Assembly: GCA_022564515.1 (NCBI GenBank) | Contig: JADFLH010000001.1 | Coordinates: 40,917-72,916 of the forward strand | Direction: 5' to 3' | Origin: Nitrososphaerota archaeon | Lineage (GTDB): Archaea; Thermoproteota; Nitrososphaeria; Nitrososphaerales; Nitrosopumilaceae | Length of the DNA: 32,000 nt | Translations under genes and position numbers: made by a program | Notes under the pieces: generated by a model | The model's database searches: none | What the model saw: only the letters and a program-made list of their open reading frames with translations | Told to the model about the DNA's origin: nothing | Shown: piece by piece, positions 1-7,113 of the stretch | Numbering within the stretch: the first letter of the stretch is position 1 | Layout: every line of letters starts with the position of its first letter

Positions 1-2
1 GT

Positions 3-176
3 GACATCCAAATCACGTTAGGAAGAAGTAGGGAGCATATATCAAGATTGATGAAGAAATTATTTGAGGATGGTTTTGTTAAAAGAAATTCCAACTCAAA
101 ACCATATACTTATTCAATCACTGAGGGGGGAAAAGAAAAGTTGGGGTTAATGAAATCTGTGCCTGCAGCAAACTAA
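3..176 (+). CDS. 3' end of a winged-helix (MarR/TrmB-like) transcriptional regulator gene, cut by the window edge
   Basis: Frame 3 is open from the window edge to TAA at 174-176. The translation ...ITLGRSREHISRLMKKLFEDGFVKRNSNSKPYTYSITEGGKEKL shows a recognition-helix plus beta-wing pattern. Confidence 0.45.
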   Translation, partial: DIQITLGRSREHISRLMKKLFEDGFVKRNSNSKPYTYSITEGGKEKLGLMKSVPAAN

Positions 177-289
177 CTATGTTTTAGTAAAATTTGAAAG
201 TTTATTTTCTTTTTTTGTTTGAAAGTGTATTATAATGTATAAGTTAATTAATTTAATTAATTTATATATCATGGTTTTATTATTATATT

Positions 290-451
290 ATGGATTCAGA
301 GCGACAAGAAATTTTAGTTAAAATAACTCCCGCAGGTACAATTTCTCTGCCTAAACAGTTCCGTAGGCATATGGATATGCAAAAAGGGGATTATGTAAAG
401 GTGATTTTAGAAAATAATTATTTAATTGTGAAAAAGGCTACAATTTCCTAG
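290..451 (+). CDS. AbrB/SpoVT (MazE-like swapped-hairpin) domain protein, 53 aa, not in the ORF track
   Basis: ATG at 290, TAG at 449-451. The product is MDSERQEILVKITPAGTISLPKQFRRHMDMQKGDYVKVILENNYLIVKKATIS. The segment G-x-I-x-LPKxxR...GD.V is typical of AbrB/SpoVT domains. A TTTATATAT box lies about 25 nt upstream. Confidence 0.6.
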   Translation: MDSERQEILVKITPAGTISLPKQFRRHMDMQKGDYVKVILENNYLIVKKATIS

Positions 452-839
452 TTTGTTGGGGTTTTTGTGTTAGCCTGACGATTTGATAAGCCCATGCTCG
501 GCCTGATTTTGAACGGTCAATCTTGCCTTTTGAGTTAAATCTAGATAGATAAGTCGAAACCACGCTCAATTTTATAGGCTCGTTATATTCATCTTCATAC
601 TTTTCTAGAATTTCGTTTGAGGTAAATTTCCCCATTGGGAAGTATTTATCTATAATATTCCAAATTTTGGCCCCGATAGTATCAAGATTTGTTGTTTTGG
701 TGCCTTCTTCAATATTCATTAAATCCATCATCTCAAAGACTTTGAGGATTTTGTCTCTTGTCACATTACCCTCTAATTTTATATCATATTTTGTTCCGTC
801 AACATCCTCCATATCTATACGGATTCTTTTTCTTACCAT
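438..839 (-). CDS. Hypothetical protein with a C-terminal winged-helix-like DNA-binding segment
   Basis: 133-aa ORF with an ATG start. The C-terminal half FTSNEILEKYEDEYNEPIKLSVVSTYLSRFNSKGKIDRSKSGRAWAYQI looks like a wHTH. It sits immediately left of the predicted origin. Confidence 0.6.
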   Translation of the reverse strand: MVRKRIRIDMEDVDGTKYDIKLEGNVTRDKILKVFEMMDLMNIEEGTKTTNLDTIGAKIWNIIDKYFPMGKFTSNEILEKYEDEYNEPIKLSVVSTYLSRFNSKGKIDRSKSGRAWAYQIVRLTQKPQQTRKL

Positions 840-986
840 TGTGGGATTCAGGATCTGTGCTTAACACTTGAACAGTCCTAGTGATAGTTGTTAACTAATT
901 GATTTGTTAACTTTGACTGTGTGGCTCATGCCTAGAGGTTTTTTTTATATTAACAATATTTGATGGTTTTTTTACAAATAAAAACT

Positions 987-1019
987 AATTTCACGCCCAG
1001 AGTGGAAAGAATGGGGTCA
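987..1019 (+). repeat. Origin recognition box copy 1 (ORB)
   Basis: AATTTCACGCCCAGAGTGGAAAGAATGGGGTCA. It contains the CCAG-GTGGAAA core plus a downstream GGGGT G-string, as in described archaeal ORB elements. Identical to the copy at 1049-1081. Confidence 0.8.
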
Positions 1020-1048
1020 AGTTTTTGTAATTAACATTGTTAACGATG

Positions 1049-1081
1049 AATTTCACGCCCAGAGTGGAAAGAATGGGGTCA
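1049..1081 (+). repeat. Origin recognition box copy 2 (ORB)
   Basis: Perfect 33/33 direct repeat of 987-1019, offset by 62 bp. Confidence 0.8.
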
Positions 1082-1240
1082 TAATGAGATTTTTTGCTTC
1101 CCAACTTAACAATAGATTAACTGGTTGTGAATAATTTATTTTTTAATACTAAGATCTACATCTAAAACAAAATGTTGTTTGGATTTTGGAAAAATTAGAT
1201 ATGAGGAATATTAAGTATTAAATTATGTTGTTTAAGGGAC

Positions 1241-1259
1241 ACACCTATATTTCCATTCT
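1241..1259 (-). repeat. Inverted mini-ORB-like element
   Basis: ACACCTATATTTCCATTCT compared with the reverse complement of the ORB, ACCCCATTCTTTCCACTCT, matches at about 15 of 19-20 positions. It has the same C-run, 4-nt spacer and TTTCCA architecture. It lies on the far side of the AT-rich stretch from ORB1/2. Confidence 0.5.
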
Positions 1260-1445
1260 TTTAGTTTTTAATTTTTTTTAAAAATAAACTAAATAATTAT
1301 AATCTAATCAATCTCTTTTCTTAAAATCAATAGAAATGAAGGTGTGTGGATACGATCAAAATATGTCAACACAAACGATCCGCCTTGTAAAAAAAACCTA
1401 GAGGATCCGTTGAAGTGTTAATGATAGATATTCCAGATCCTGAAA

Positions 1446-2660
1446 ATGAGCACAACAACTCTAGACCCAATAGAAAAACTATTAGAAGCCACAGTTTCCG
1501 GAAAATCCCTAATTAAGAATAGGACCGTTTTACACCATACATTCATACCCAATAACATACATCATCGTGACTTAGAGCAAGAAAAAGTCACACAATCCCT
1601 TCTTCCAATTCTTAAACAATCTCGTCCCTCTAACATACTCATTTATGGTAAACCAGGCACAGGCAAAACCCTAGTAGTTAGAAGAGTCTTGTCAAAAATT
1701 CAAGAAAGGGTAGAGAAAACTAATTTTCCAATAAAACTAATTTATGGAAATTCTAAAGAGGAAACAACCCTATACGGACTTTTAGTTGATTTTGGAAGGC
1801 AATTAGGACTATCAGAAAAAGAACTACCCACGACTGGGCTGTCAATAAGTGAAGTTTTCAAAAGACTACTTCGGATTATTAATAAAAACTCGTTAAACAC
1901 CGTCTTTATCATTGATGAGATTGATTTTCTAGCACATTTAGTTTCTAAATCAAAAAATGATATCCTATATCAATTAACAAGATCCAACGACAGAATAAAA
2001 AACGGCTCTTTAACTTTAGTTGGAATTTCTAACGACCTCACATTCAAAGACAGACTTGATCCAAGAGTCATTAGCAGTTTAGGTGAAGAAGAGATTGTAT
2101 TTACTAGCTATTCCGTGAACCAAATTCATAAAATTCTTGAGGATAGGATTCAATTAGCATTTGTAGAGGGAGCAGTTGAAGAATCAGCCTTAAACCTTTG
2201 TGCAGCGATGGCAGGTAGAGAACACGGTGATGCCAGAAGGGCAATCGATCTATTGCGTGTAGCAGGTGAAATTGCAGAAAGAGAACAAAAAGAAAAGGTT
2301 AGTGAGGAACACGTCCGGAGAGCATCTCAAAAAATGGAAGAAGATAAGGAGACAGCAGCAATACAATCATACCCACTACATGAAAAACTACTTATTTTAG
2401 CAGTTATGAGGGCAGGAGGATCATCAACAGGAGAAATCTTTTCTGCTTACACAAAACTTTGTAAATCCGTTAGGCAAAAAGAACTAACCCAAAGACGGAT
2501 GACTCAAATGCTTAGTGAAATTGAACTTTCAGGTATTATTTCTGGAAGAATTGTTCATCAAGGGATTCACGGCAGAACCAAAAAATTCAAACTAACAATT
2601 TCTCCAGAAACCATAAAACAGACTCTCAAAAAAGATCTTATTCTGGAAGATCTAGTCTAA
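1446..2660 (+). CDS. cdc6: Orc1/Cdc6 replication initiator (AAA+ with C-terminal winged helix)
   Basis: 404 aa. Walker A is GKPGTGKT and Walker B is FIIDEID. GDARRAIDLLR is the sensor-2 region typical of Orc1/Cdc6. A C-terminal wHTH-like region is present. Confidence 0.93.
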   Translation: MSTTTLDPIEKLLEATVSGKSLIKNRTVLHHTFIPNNIHHRDLEQEKVTQSLLPILKQSRPSNILIYGKPGTGKTLVVRRVLSKIQERVEKTNFPIKLIYGNSKEETTLYGLLVDFGRQLGLSEKELPTTGLSISEVFKRLLRIINKNSLNTVFIIDEIDFLAHLVSKSKNDILYQLTRSNDRIKNGSLTLVGISNDLTFKDRLDPRVISSLGEEEIVFTSYSVNQIHKILEDRIQLAFVEGAVEESALNLCAAMAGREHGDARRAIDLLRVAGEIAEREQKEKVSEEHVRRASQKMEEDKETAAIQSYPLHEKLLILAVMRAGGSSTGEIFSAYTKLCKSVRQKELTQRRMTQMLSEIELSGIISGRIVHQGIHGRTKKFKLTISPETIKQTLKKDLILEDLV

Positions 2661-4084
2661 AATTCTGTTTTAAAATCTTGATAGTACACCTTGAAGGTTT
2701 TCAGGTTTACTAGTACCGCCAAACCCGGAGTAGGCATAATCCCAATACTCGCCTGAAACGGAGTTTGTTTTTGCCATGTTCCAGAATTTATCAATAAAAC
2801 ACCTCGATACATATCAAAACCCACAATATGAACATGACCCACATGAAAAATATCGGGAACCTCATCAATTACCATCATGTCTTCAATTTCTGGTGCCGTG
2901 GGAGTCAAACCACCATAAATTGGGCTTAAATGTCTTGATTTTAGTAATTGCCTCATGACCTTAGTGGGAGTATCGTAACTCAACCCAGGTGTAGTTTTAA
3001 CAATATCATCAATACTCTGACCATGATAAATCAACACCTTAACCCCATTTAACGAAACTAAAGCAGGATTTCCAACCAAAAAGAAATTTTCATGTTTTAG
3101 TAAAACTCCATTATATTTTTCTGGAAAAGCAGGTTGTGGCAAAGCCCGTCTACCAGGGTCATGATTTCCTGGGGAAATGAATATTTTGATATTTTTTGGA
3201 ATTTTATTCAATACTTCCTCTAATTTTTTTAACTGTTCTTCAACGGTAGGATAATCCAATTCCTTATCCTGATTTGGATAAATCCCAACCCCATCAACTA
3301 CATCTCCACAAAGTATAACAAATCGAATTTTTCGAGCAATAGGATCAGGACTTGAGAGCCAAGAAATAAAATCATTAAATTCCTTTTCCATAAAAAATTT
3401 ACTTCCAACATGAAGATCCGATAAAAAAACCGCATAGGTTTCACTCTTAGATCTATTTGAAGGATGATCTGGAATATCAGGCAAAATAATATCCCTTACA
3501 ATAAACCCTCCATTTTTGCTTAATCGCACCTTAAGCATGACAAACTGGTCCTGGAGAAGTTCATTAGCAATTTTTTGTATATCTTTATCAAACACAATAG
3601 TTTCTAGAAAGCCAGTAGAATCATCAATCTTCAACCTTGTAACATTTCTGTCAGAATTTCTTTCAAAAACCAAACCACAAACATATACATCATTATCTGA
3701 TTTTGTTGCCATGACTAGCTTAATCGATTTTAACAGTTTAGCTTCTGGCCGATTTGAAATAATTTTTTTTAATTTTGAAAATCTACTTGAAAATAATGAA
3801 TTAAAACCATCAATGCCTTCTGCGGAGGTAATTTTGGATGTGGGGTCAAATAAAATTCTATGCTCGTTTTCTAAACTTGAATCCTCTTTAATCCCCAAAA
3901 ATGATTCTAAATCATCTTGGCTAATCAAATAACGTTTTTGTCGAATTTTTTCTCTGACAATCTGTTTAATCACATCTTTAAGATCATTTACATCCAAATC
4001 TTCTAAAATTTTTAGTGCATCAGGATGAATTTGAAAACCTTTGTTTAACGCATAATCAAGTGCATAGGTAACATTCTTTTTCAT
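2657..4084 (-). CDS. polB: DNA polymerase D (Pol II) small subunit DP1, calcineurin-like phosphoesterase
   Basis: Motifs LSDLHVGS, CGDVVDG and GNHD, plus the C-terminal HVGHVH, are typical of DP1. ATG at 4084 is preferred over the track's TTG at 4090. Confidence 0.88.
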   Translation of the reverse strand: MKKNVTYALDYALNKGFQIHPDALKILEDLDVNDLKDVIKQIVREKIRQKRYLISQDDLESFLGIKEDSSLENEHRILFDPTSKITSAEGIDGFNSLFSSRFSKLKKIISNRPEAKLLKSIKLVMATKSDNDVYVCGLVFERNSDRNVTRLKIDDSTGFLETIVFDKDIQKIANELLQDQFVMLKVRLSKNGGFIVRDIILPDIPDHPSNRSKSETYAVFLSDLHVGSKFFMEKEFNDFISWLSSPDPIARKIRFVILCGDVVDGVGIYPNQDKELDYPTVEEQLKKLEEVLNKIPKNIKIFISPGNHDPGRRALPQPAFPEKYNGVLLKHENFFLVGNPALVSLNGVKVLIYHGQSIDDIVKTTPGLSYDTPTKVMRQLLKSRHLSPIYGGLTPTAPEIEDMMVIDEVPDIFHVGHVHIVGFDMYRGVLLINSGTWQKQTPFQASIGIMPTPGLAVLVNLKTFKVYYQDFKTEF

Positions 4085-4169
4085 TATCAAAAAATACTGA
4101 GAGTTTTAATTAAATCTGTGCATAACACACACCAACATGCTCATATACAATTCTTAGAAAAAAAAACAC

Positions 4170-4706
4170 ATGTCTAGAAAAATTCGAATAGCAATATTTT
4201 TTATTTTTATGGGATTGTTTTCTATGGCCTATCAAATTGGCTCATTTTTTGAAGTTAGTGAAGAAGATGCTGAAATATTTCTTGAGGAATTTGAAGAATT
4301 AGTAGGGGACATAGACGCGATTGGAATTTTTCTCCATAACACCAGCATTGCTCTGCCAATGTTTATCCCTGGCTTTGGAATTGTATGGGGTTTTTTTACA
4401 GCATGGTCAACCGGATATGCATTTTCAGCAATTGCAACCATATTCCCAGAACTTTCTAAAATCCCACCGCTAGCTATACTCTATCTTACACCATTTGGCC
4501 TCATGGAACTGACAGCATATTCTCTTGGAACCTCACGAAGTTTCATTCTAATTCATATGATTATAAAAAAAGTTAATCTTCGGCCAGCAATACGGGGAAC
4601 AGCCATTGAAATTGGAGTTATGCTAGGTCTTTTACTTGGAGGAGGATTTTTGGAATATTATATGATACAATTAATTGAAGAAAGCGATCTATTTTCTGGA
4701 TTCTAG
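4170..4706 (+). CDS. Integral membrane protein, SpoIIM/DUF95-like
   Basis: 178 aa with multiple TM segments. FLHNTSIALPMFIPGFG...TPFGLMELTAYSLG resembles the stage II sporulation protein M family pattern. Confidence 0.5.
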   Translation: MSRKIRIAIFFIFMGLFSMAYQIGSFFEVSEEDAEIFLEEFEELVGDIDAIGIFLHNTSIALPMFIPGFGIVWGFFTAWSTGYAFSAIATIFPELSKIPPLAILYLTPFGLMELTAYSLGTSRSFILIHMIIKKVNLRPAIRGTAIEIGVMLGLLLGGGFLEYYMIQLIEESDLFSGF

Positions 4707-4806
4707 ATTAAATTTTTCAAAAATCATTCATCCAGTCTGAAATTGTGTAGTCTGTCTAAAATAATTCATTAGTAAATTATAAACCGAATCACGCAAAAAC
4801 TAAATT

Positions 4807-5844
4807 ATGAAGGCACCCTTAGTCATTCTTTTTCTCAGTATTGGAGTAATTGTGCTAGGATTAACAACAAATGATGTTAGTGCAGAACTTTCTGGAAACA
4901 AAGCATTCATTTTAGAAGGCTCTGGTTTTGCAGTTACAGAAGACTCGATAAAATCCACCGAAATTGATTTTATAATATCCACCGGCGATAAAATTGGAAC
5001 TAGAACAAATATTATAGTCGAAGATGGATTTGTAACTCTTAGTGACGAAGATTTTATTATAACTGATTTTAGTGGCACATCTTTGAGAGACGGTAAATTT
5101 ATTCGAATATCTGGAACAGCTGAAGATTCTTTTGGTGATGAAGTTGCTGTAAGAATTTTTGGAAGATTAATTCAAGATAGTGAAGAAGGCTCTGTATATG
5201 GTTTTACTGGTAGGTTAACTCATGAAGGAGAAACTCACAAAATTATCTACACCACCAAATTGTCATTATTAACAAGCACTTCGTTAACTAAACAAGGTGT
5301 AAGTGAAGAAGAAAGCGACGAAATTGTTGTACACATTCTTCCAGGAGCTTCCACCAAAGGAATTGCATCAAGTTACATTGAAGCTGCAGCTCTGCAAAGA
5401 AAATTGGCAGAAATATACGGAGACGCCCCAATACGTGCAGGATACTTTTTCCCTGACAGAATTTCAATAGAACCAGGCACATCTATTACATTTGTAAATG
5501 ATGATGATGTTGAACACAAAATTGTTAGTGGGACAGGACTTGGAACTCATAGTCGTGCATCATCTGGTCAATTTGTAATATGTGAATCCCCTCAAGGAGA
5601 ACTTCCATTAGGATTTAGCAGTTATGCTGATACCTCAAGCGGTGAATGTTCATTTTCTTTTGATGGAAGAATAGATAGCGGAGTTCTTCAACCAGGAGAA
5701 TCATGGACAGGATCATTTGATGATGCTGGGTTTTACAGAATAATTGATCCGGATTATCCATGGATAAGTATTGTTGTTTATTCATTTCCTGATACAGGTG
5801 CAGAAATTATAAGATCAGTTGGCACATCACAAAAAGGCAACTAA
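4807..5844 (+). CDS. Secreted protein with a C-terminal cupredoxin-like domain lacking most Cu ligands
   Basis: Signal peptide MKAPLVILFLSIGVIVLGL. The C-terminal ISIEPGTSITFVNDDDVEHKIVSG...GESWTGSFDDAGFYRIIDPDYPWISIVVY aligns to the cupredoxin domain of the ORF at 12498-13523. Confidence 0.7.
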   Translation: MKAPLVILFLSIGVIVLGLTTNDVSAELSGNKAFILEGSGFAVTEDSIKSTEIDFIISTGDKIGTRTNIIVEDGFVTLSDEDFIITDFSGTSLRDGKFIRISGTAEDSFGDEVAVRIFGRLIQDSEEGSVYGFTGRLTHEGETHKIIYTTKLSLLTSTSLTKQGVSEEESDEIVVHILPGASTKGIASSYIEAAALQRKLAEIYGDAPIRAGYFFPDRISIEPGTSITFVNDDDVEHKIVSGTGLGTHSRASSGQFVICESPQGELPLGFSSYADTSSGECSFSFDGRIDSGVLQPGESWTGSFDDAGFYRIIDPDYPWISIVVYSFPDTGAEIIRSVGTSQKGN

Positions 5845-6545
5845 TCTTTCAAATCAAGATAGGATTCCAACTTTGATTGATTAAACACCATTATAGACAA
5901 GTCAGAAAACTCCTTTCCCTCAAGATCAGAAACTACCCCCTCAAATGAAGACTCGTTATCATTTGTCAGAGATTCAAAAACATGGACTTTGATTTTTTTA
6001 ATATCAAAACCATTCTTTTTCAAATAATGCGCAATTTCGGAAGGCATGAATTGTTTATCTGGCGAGTTTGGCCATGGACGGGGAATTAATATGACACTAT
6101 GACCATCAATCAATGCTTTTTGAAGCTCCAATTTTTTTTCTACAATTGATGTTGAAATATGCATAGTGATCACTTTAGCTTTATCTAATGGAATTTTGGC
6201 CCTTGATGCAGCGATTTGAACTGAGCTTATGCCCGGTACAATCTCCACATCCACAAAAATCTCAATTAACCTATCAACAACTTCTGATTCTGAAAAATTT
6301 ACATCGCCGGTAAAGGGAACAACCAGAGTTTTTTCTCCTAAACTTTTTTTTATGTTCTGGTAAACCTCTTCTTGATTTTTCATTGTAATTTCATGTACTT
6401 GTTTTCCAGAAAGCAGATTTTCAATTATTCTTAAAGTGTATTTGTATCCAATAACAATATCACAGTTTTGAATTATTTCTTTTACTTGAGCTGTTACATA
6501 TTTTGGTGAACCTGGGCCGACTCCTACTGCATAAACCTTTTTCAA
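5841..6545 (-). CDS. cbiE: Tetrapyrrole (corrin) methyltransferase, probably cobalt-precorrin-7 C5-methyltransferase CbiE
   Basis: N-terminal VYAVGVGPGS and a later FTGD motif fit the precorrin methylase fold. The TTG start is forced: an in-frame TAA lies 4 codons upstream and there is no early ATG. Confidence 0.55.
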   Translation of the reverse strand: MKKVYAVGVGPGSPKYVTAQVKEIIQNCDIVIGYKYTLRIIENLLSGKQVHEITMKNQEEVYQNIKKSLGEKTLVVPFTGDVNFSESEVVDRLIEIFVDVEIVPGISSVQIAASRAKIPLDKAKVITMHISTSIVEKKLELQKALIDGHSVILIPRPWPNSPDKQFMPSEIAHYLKKNGFDIKKIKVHVFESLTNDNESSFEGVVSDLEGKEFSDLSIMVFNQSKLESYLDLKD

Positions 6546-6546
6546 T

Positions 6547-7059
6547 TTATGGAATTAATATTTGTCTGTCTTTAATATATTGAACAAGTGGTTCCCAATC
6601 CACCCTCATGTATTTTTGAGGATCTTTTGCAGGATATTTTACCCAATCTTTCACAACAGAATACCGAAACTTTTCTTTTTTTCCATCTTTTACATATTCC
6701 AAATTCAAAACACTTCCCCACGGCTTTTCTTCATGATTAATTTCTAAAATATCATCAAATGATAGCTCTACATTTTTTTTATTTTCCAAATCTAACATCA
6801 AGTCCTTTTCAGCATATCCATCTTGCCGTAGCATAATGTTTTTTGATTTCATTAAGTTTAGAACCTGCCGCTGGACTACTGCACCCCACCATCTCATTTT
6901 GGCCTCTGTTTTATGAACAAACATCAAATGTCTATCAGTCAACAAAAACATTCCTTCTTTACCTACAACTGACAAAAATTTCTTTGATTCTCTCCAAACT
7001 GATAGAATATGTGCTTGAATACGTTCATCAGATTCCATACTCTGTGATTTTGTTAACAT
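6547..7059 (-). CDS. Conserved hypothetical protein, possibly PH/GRAM-like
   Basis: 170-aa ORF with an ATG start. GMFLLTDRHLMFVHK resembles the first strands of bacterial PH/GRAM-like domains. Its stop is 1 nt from the cbiE start. Confidence 0.55.
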   Translation of the reverse strand: MLTKSQSMESDERIQAHILSVWRESKKFLSVVGKEGMFLLTDRHLMFVHKTEAKMRWWGAVVQRQVLNLMKSKNIMLRQDGYAEKDLMLDLENKKNVELSFDDILEINHEEKPWGSVLNLEYVKDGKKEKFRYSVVKDWVKYPAKDPQKYMRVDWEPLVQYIKDRQILIP

Positions 7060-7113
7060 TTTAAAAATTAATGTGTGCTATTGACTTTTATTTCAGGCGA
7101 AACTCGAAAAAAC

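Larger units (their letters stand above)
860..1445. other. Predicted chromosomal replication origin (oriC) upstream of orc1/cdc6
   Basis: A roughly 600-bp non-coding region next to orc1/cdc6. It holds two identical ORB-type repeats, one inverted mini-ORB, and very AT-rich stretches at 1082-1235 and 1260-1335. Confidence 0.8.

Noticed and set aside
987-1081. Two identical 33-bp repeats separated by a 29-bp spacer, dimensions that resemble a minimal CRISPR array
   Set aside because: There are only two copies and no cas genes or leader. The repeat matches the archaeal ORB consensus (GTGGAAA core plus GGGGT) and lies directly upstream of orc1/cdc6, so an origin element is the better explanation.
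3516-3932. 138-aa plus-strand ORF inside polB. Similar antisense ORFs occur at 667-864, 2776-2958, 4232-4441, 4800-5078, 5288-5482, 6562-6747, 6843-7064, 7355-7573 and 7575-7919.
   Set aside because: All lie within and opposite to, or out of frame with, genes that have strong family signatures. Long shadow ORFs are expected in AT-rich coding DNA, and none has a recognisable motif.
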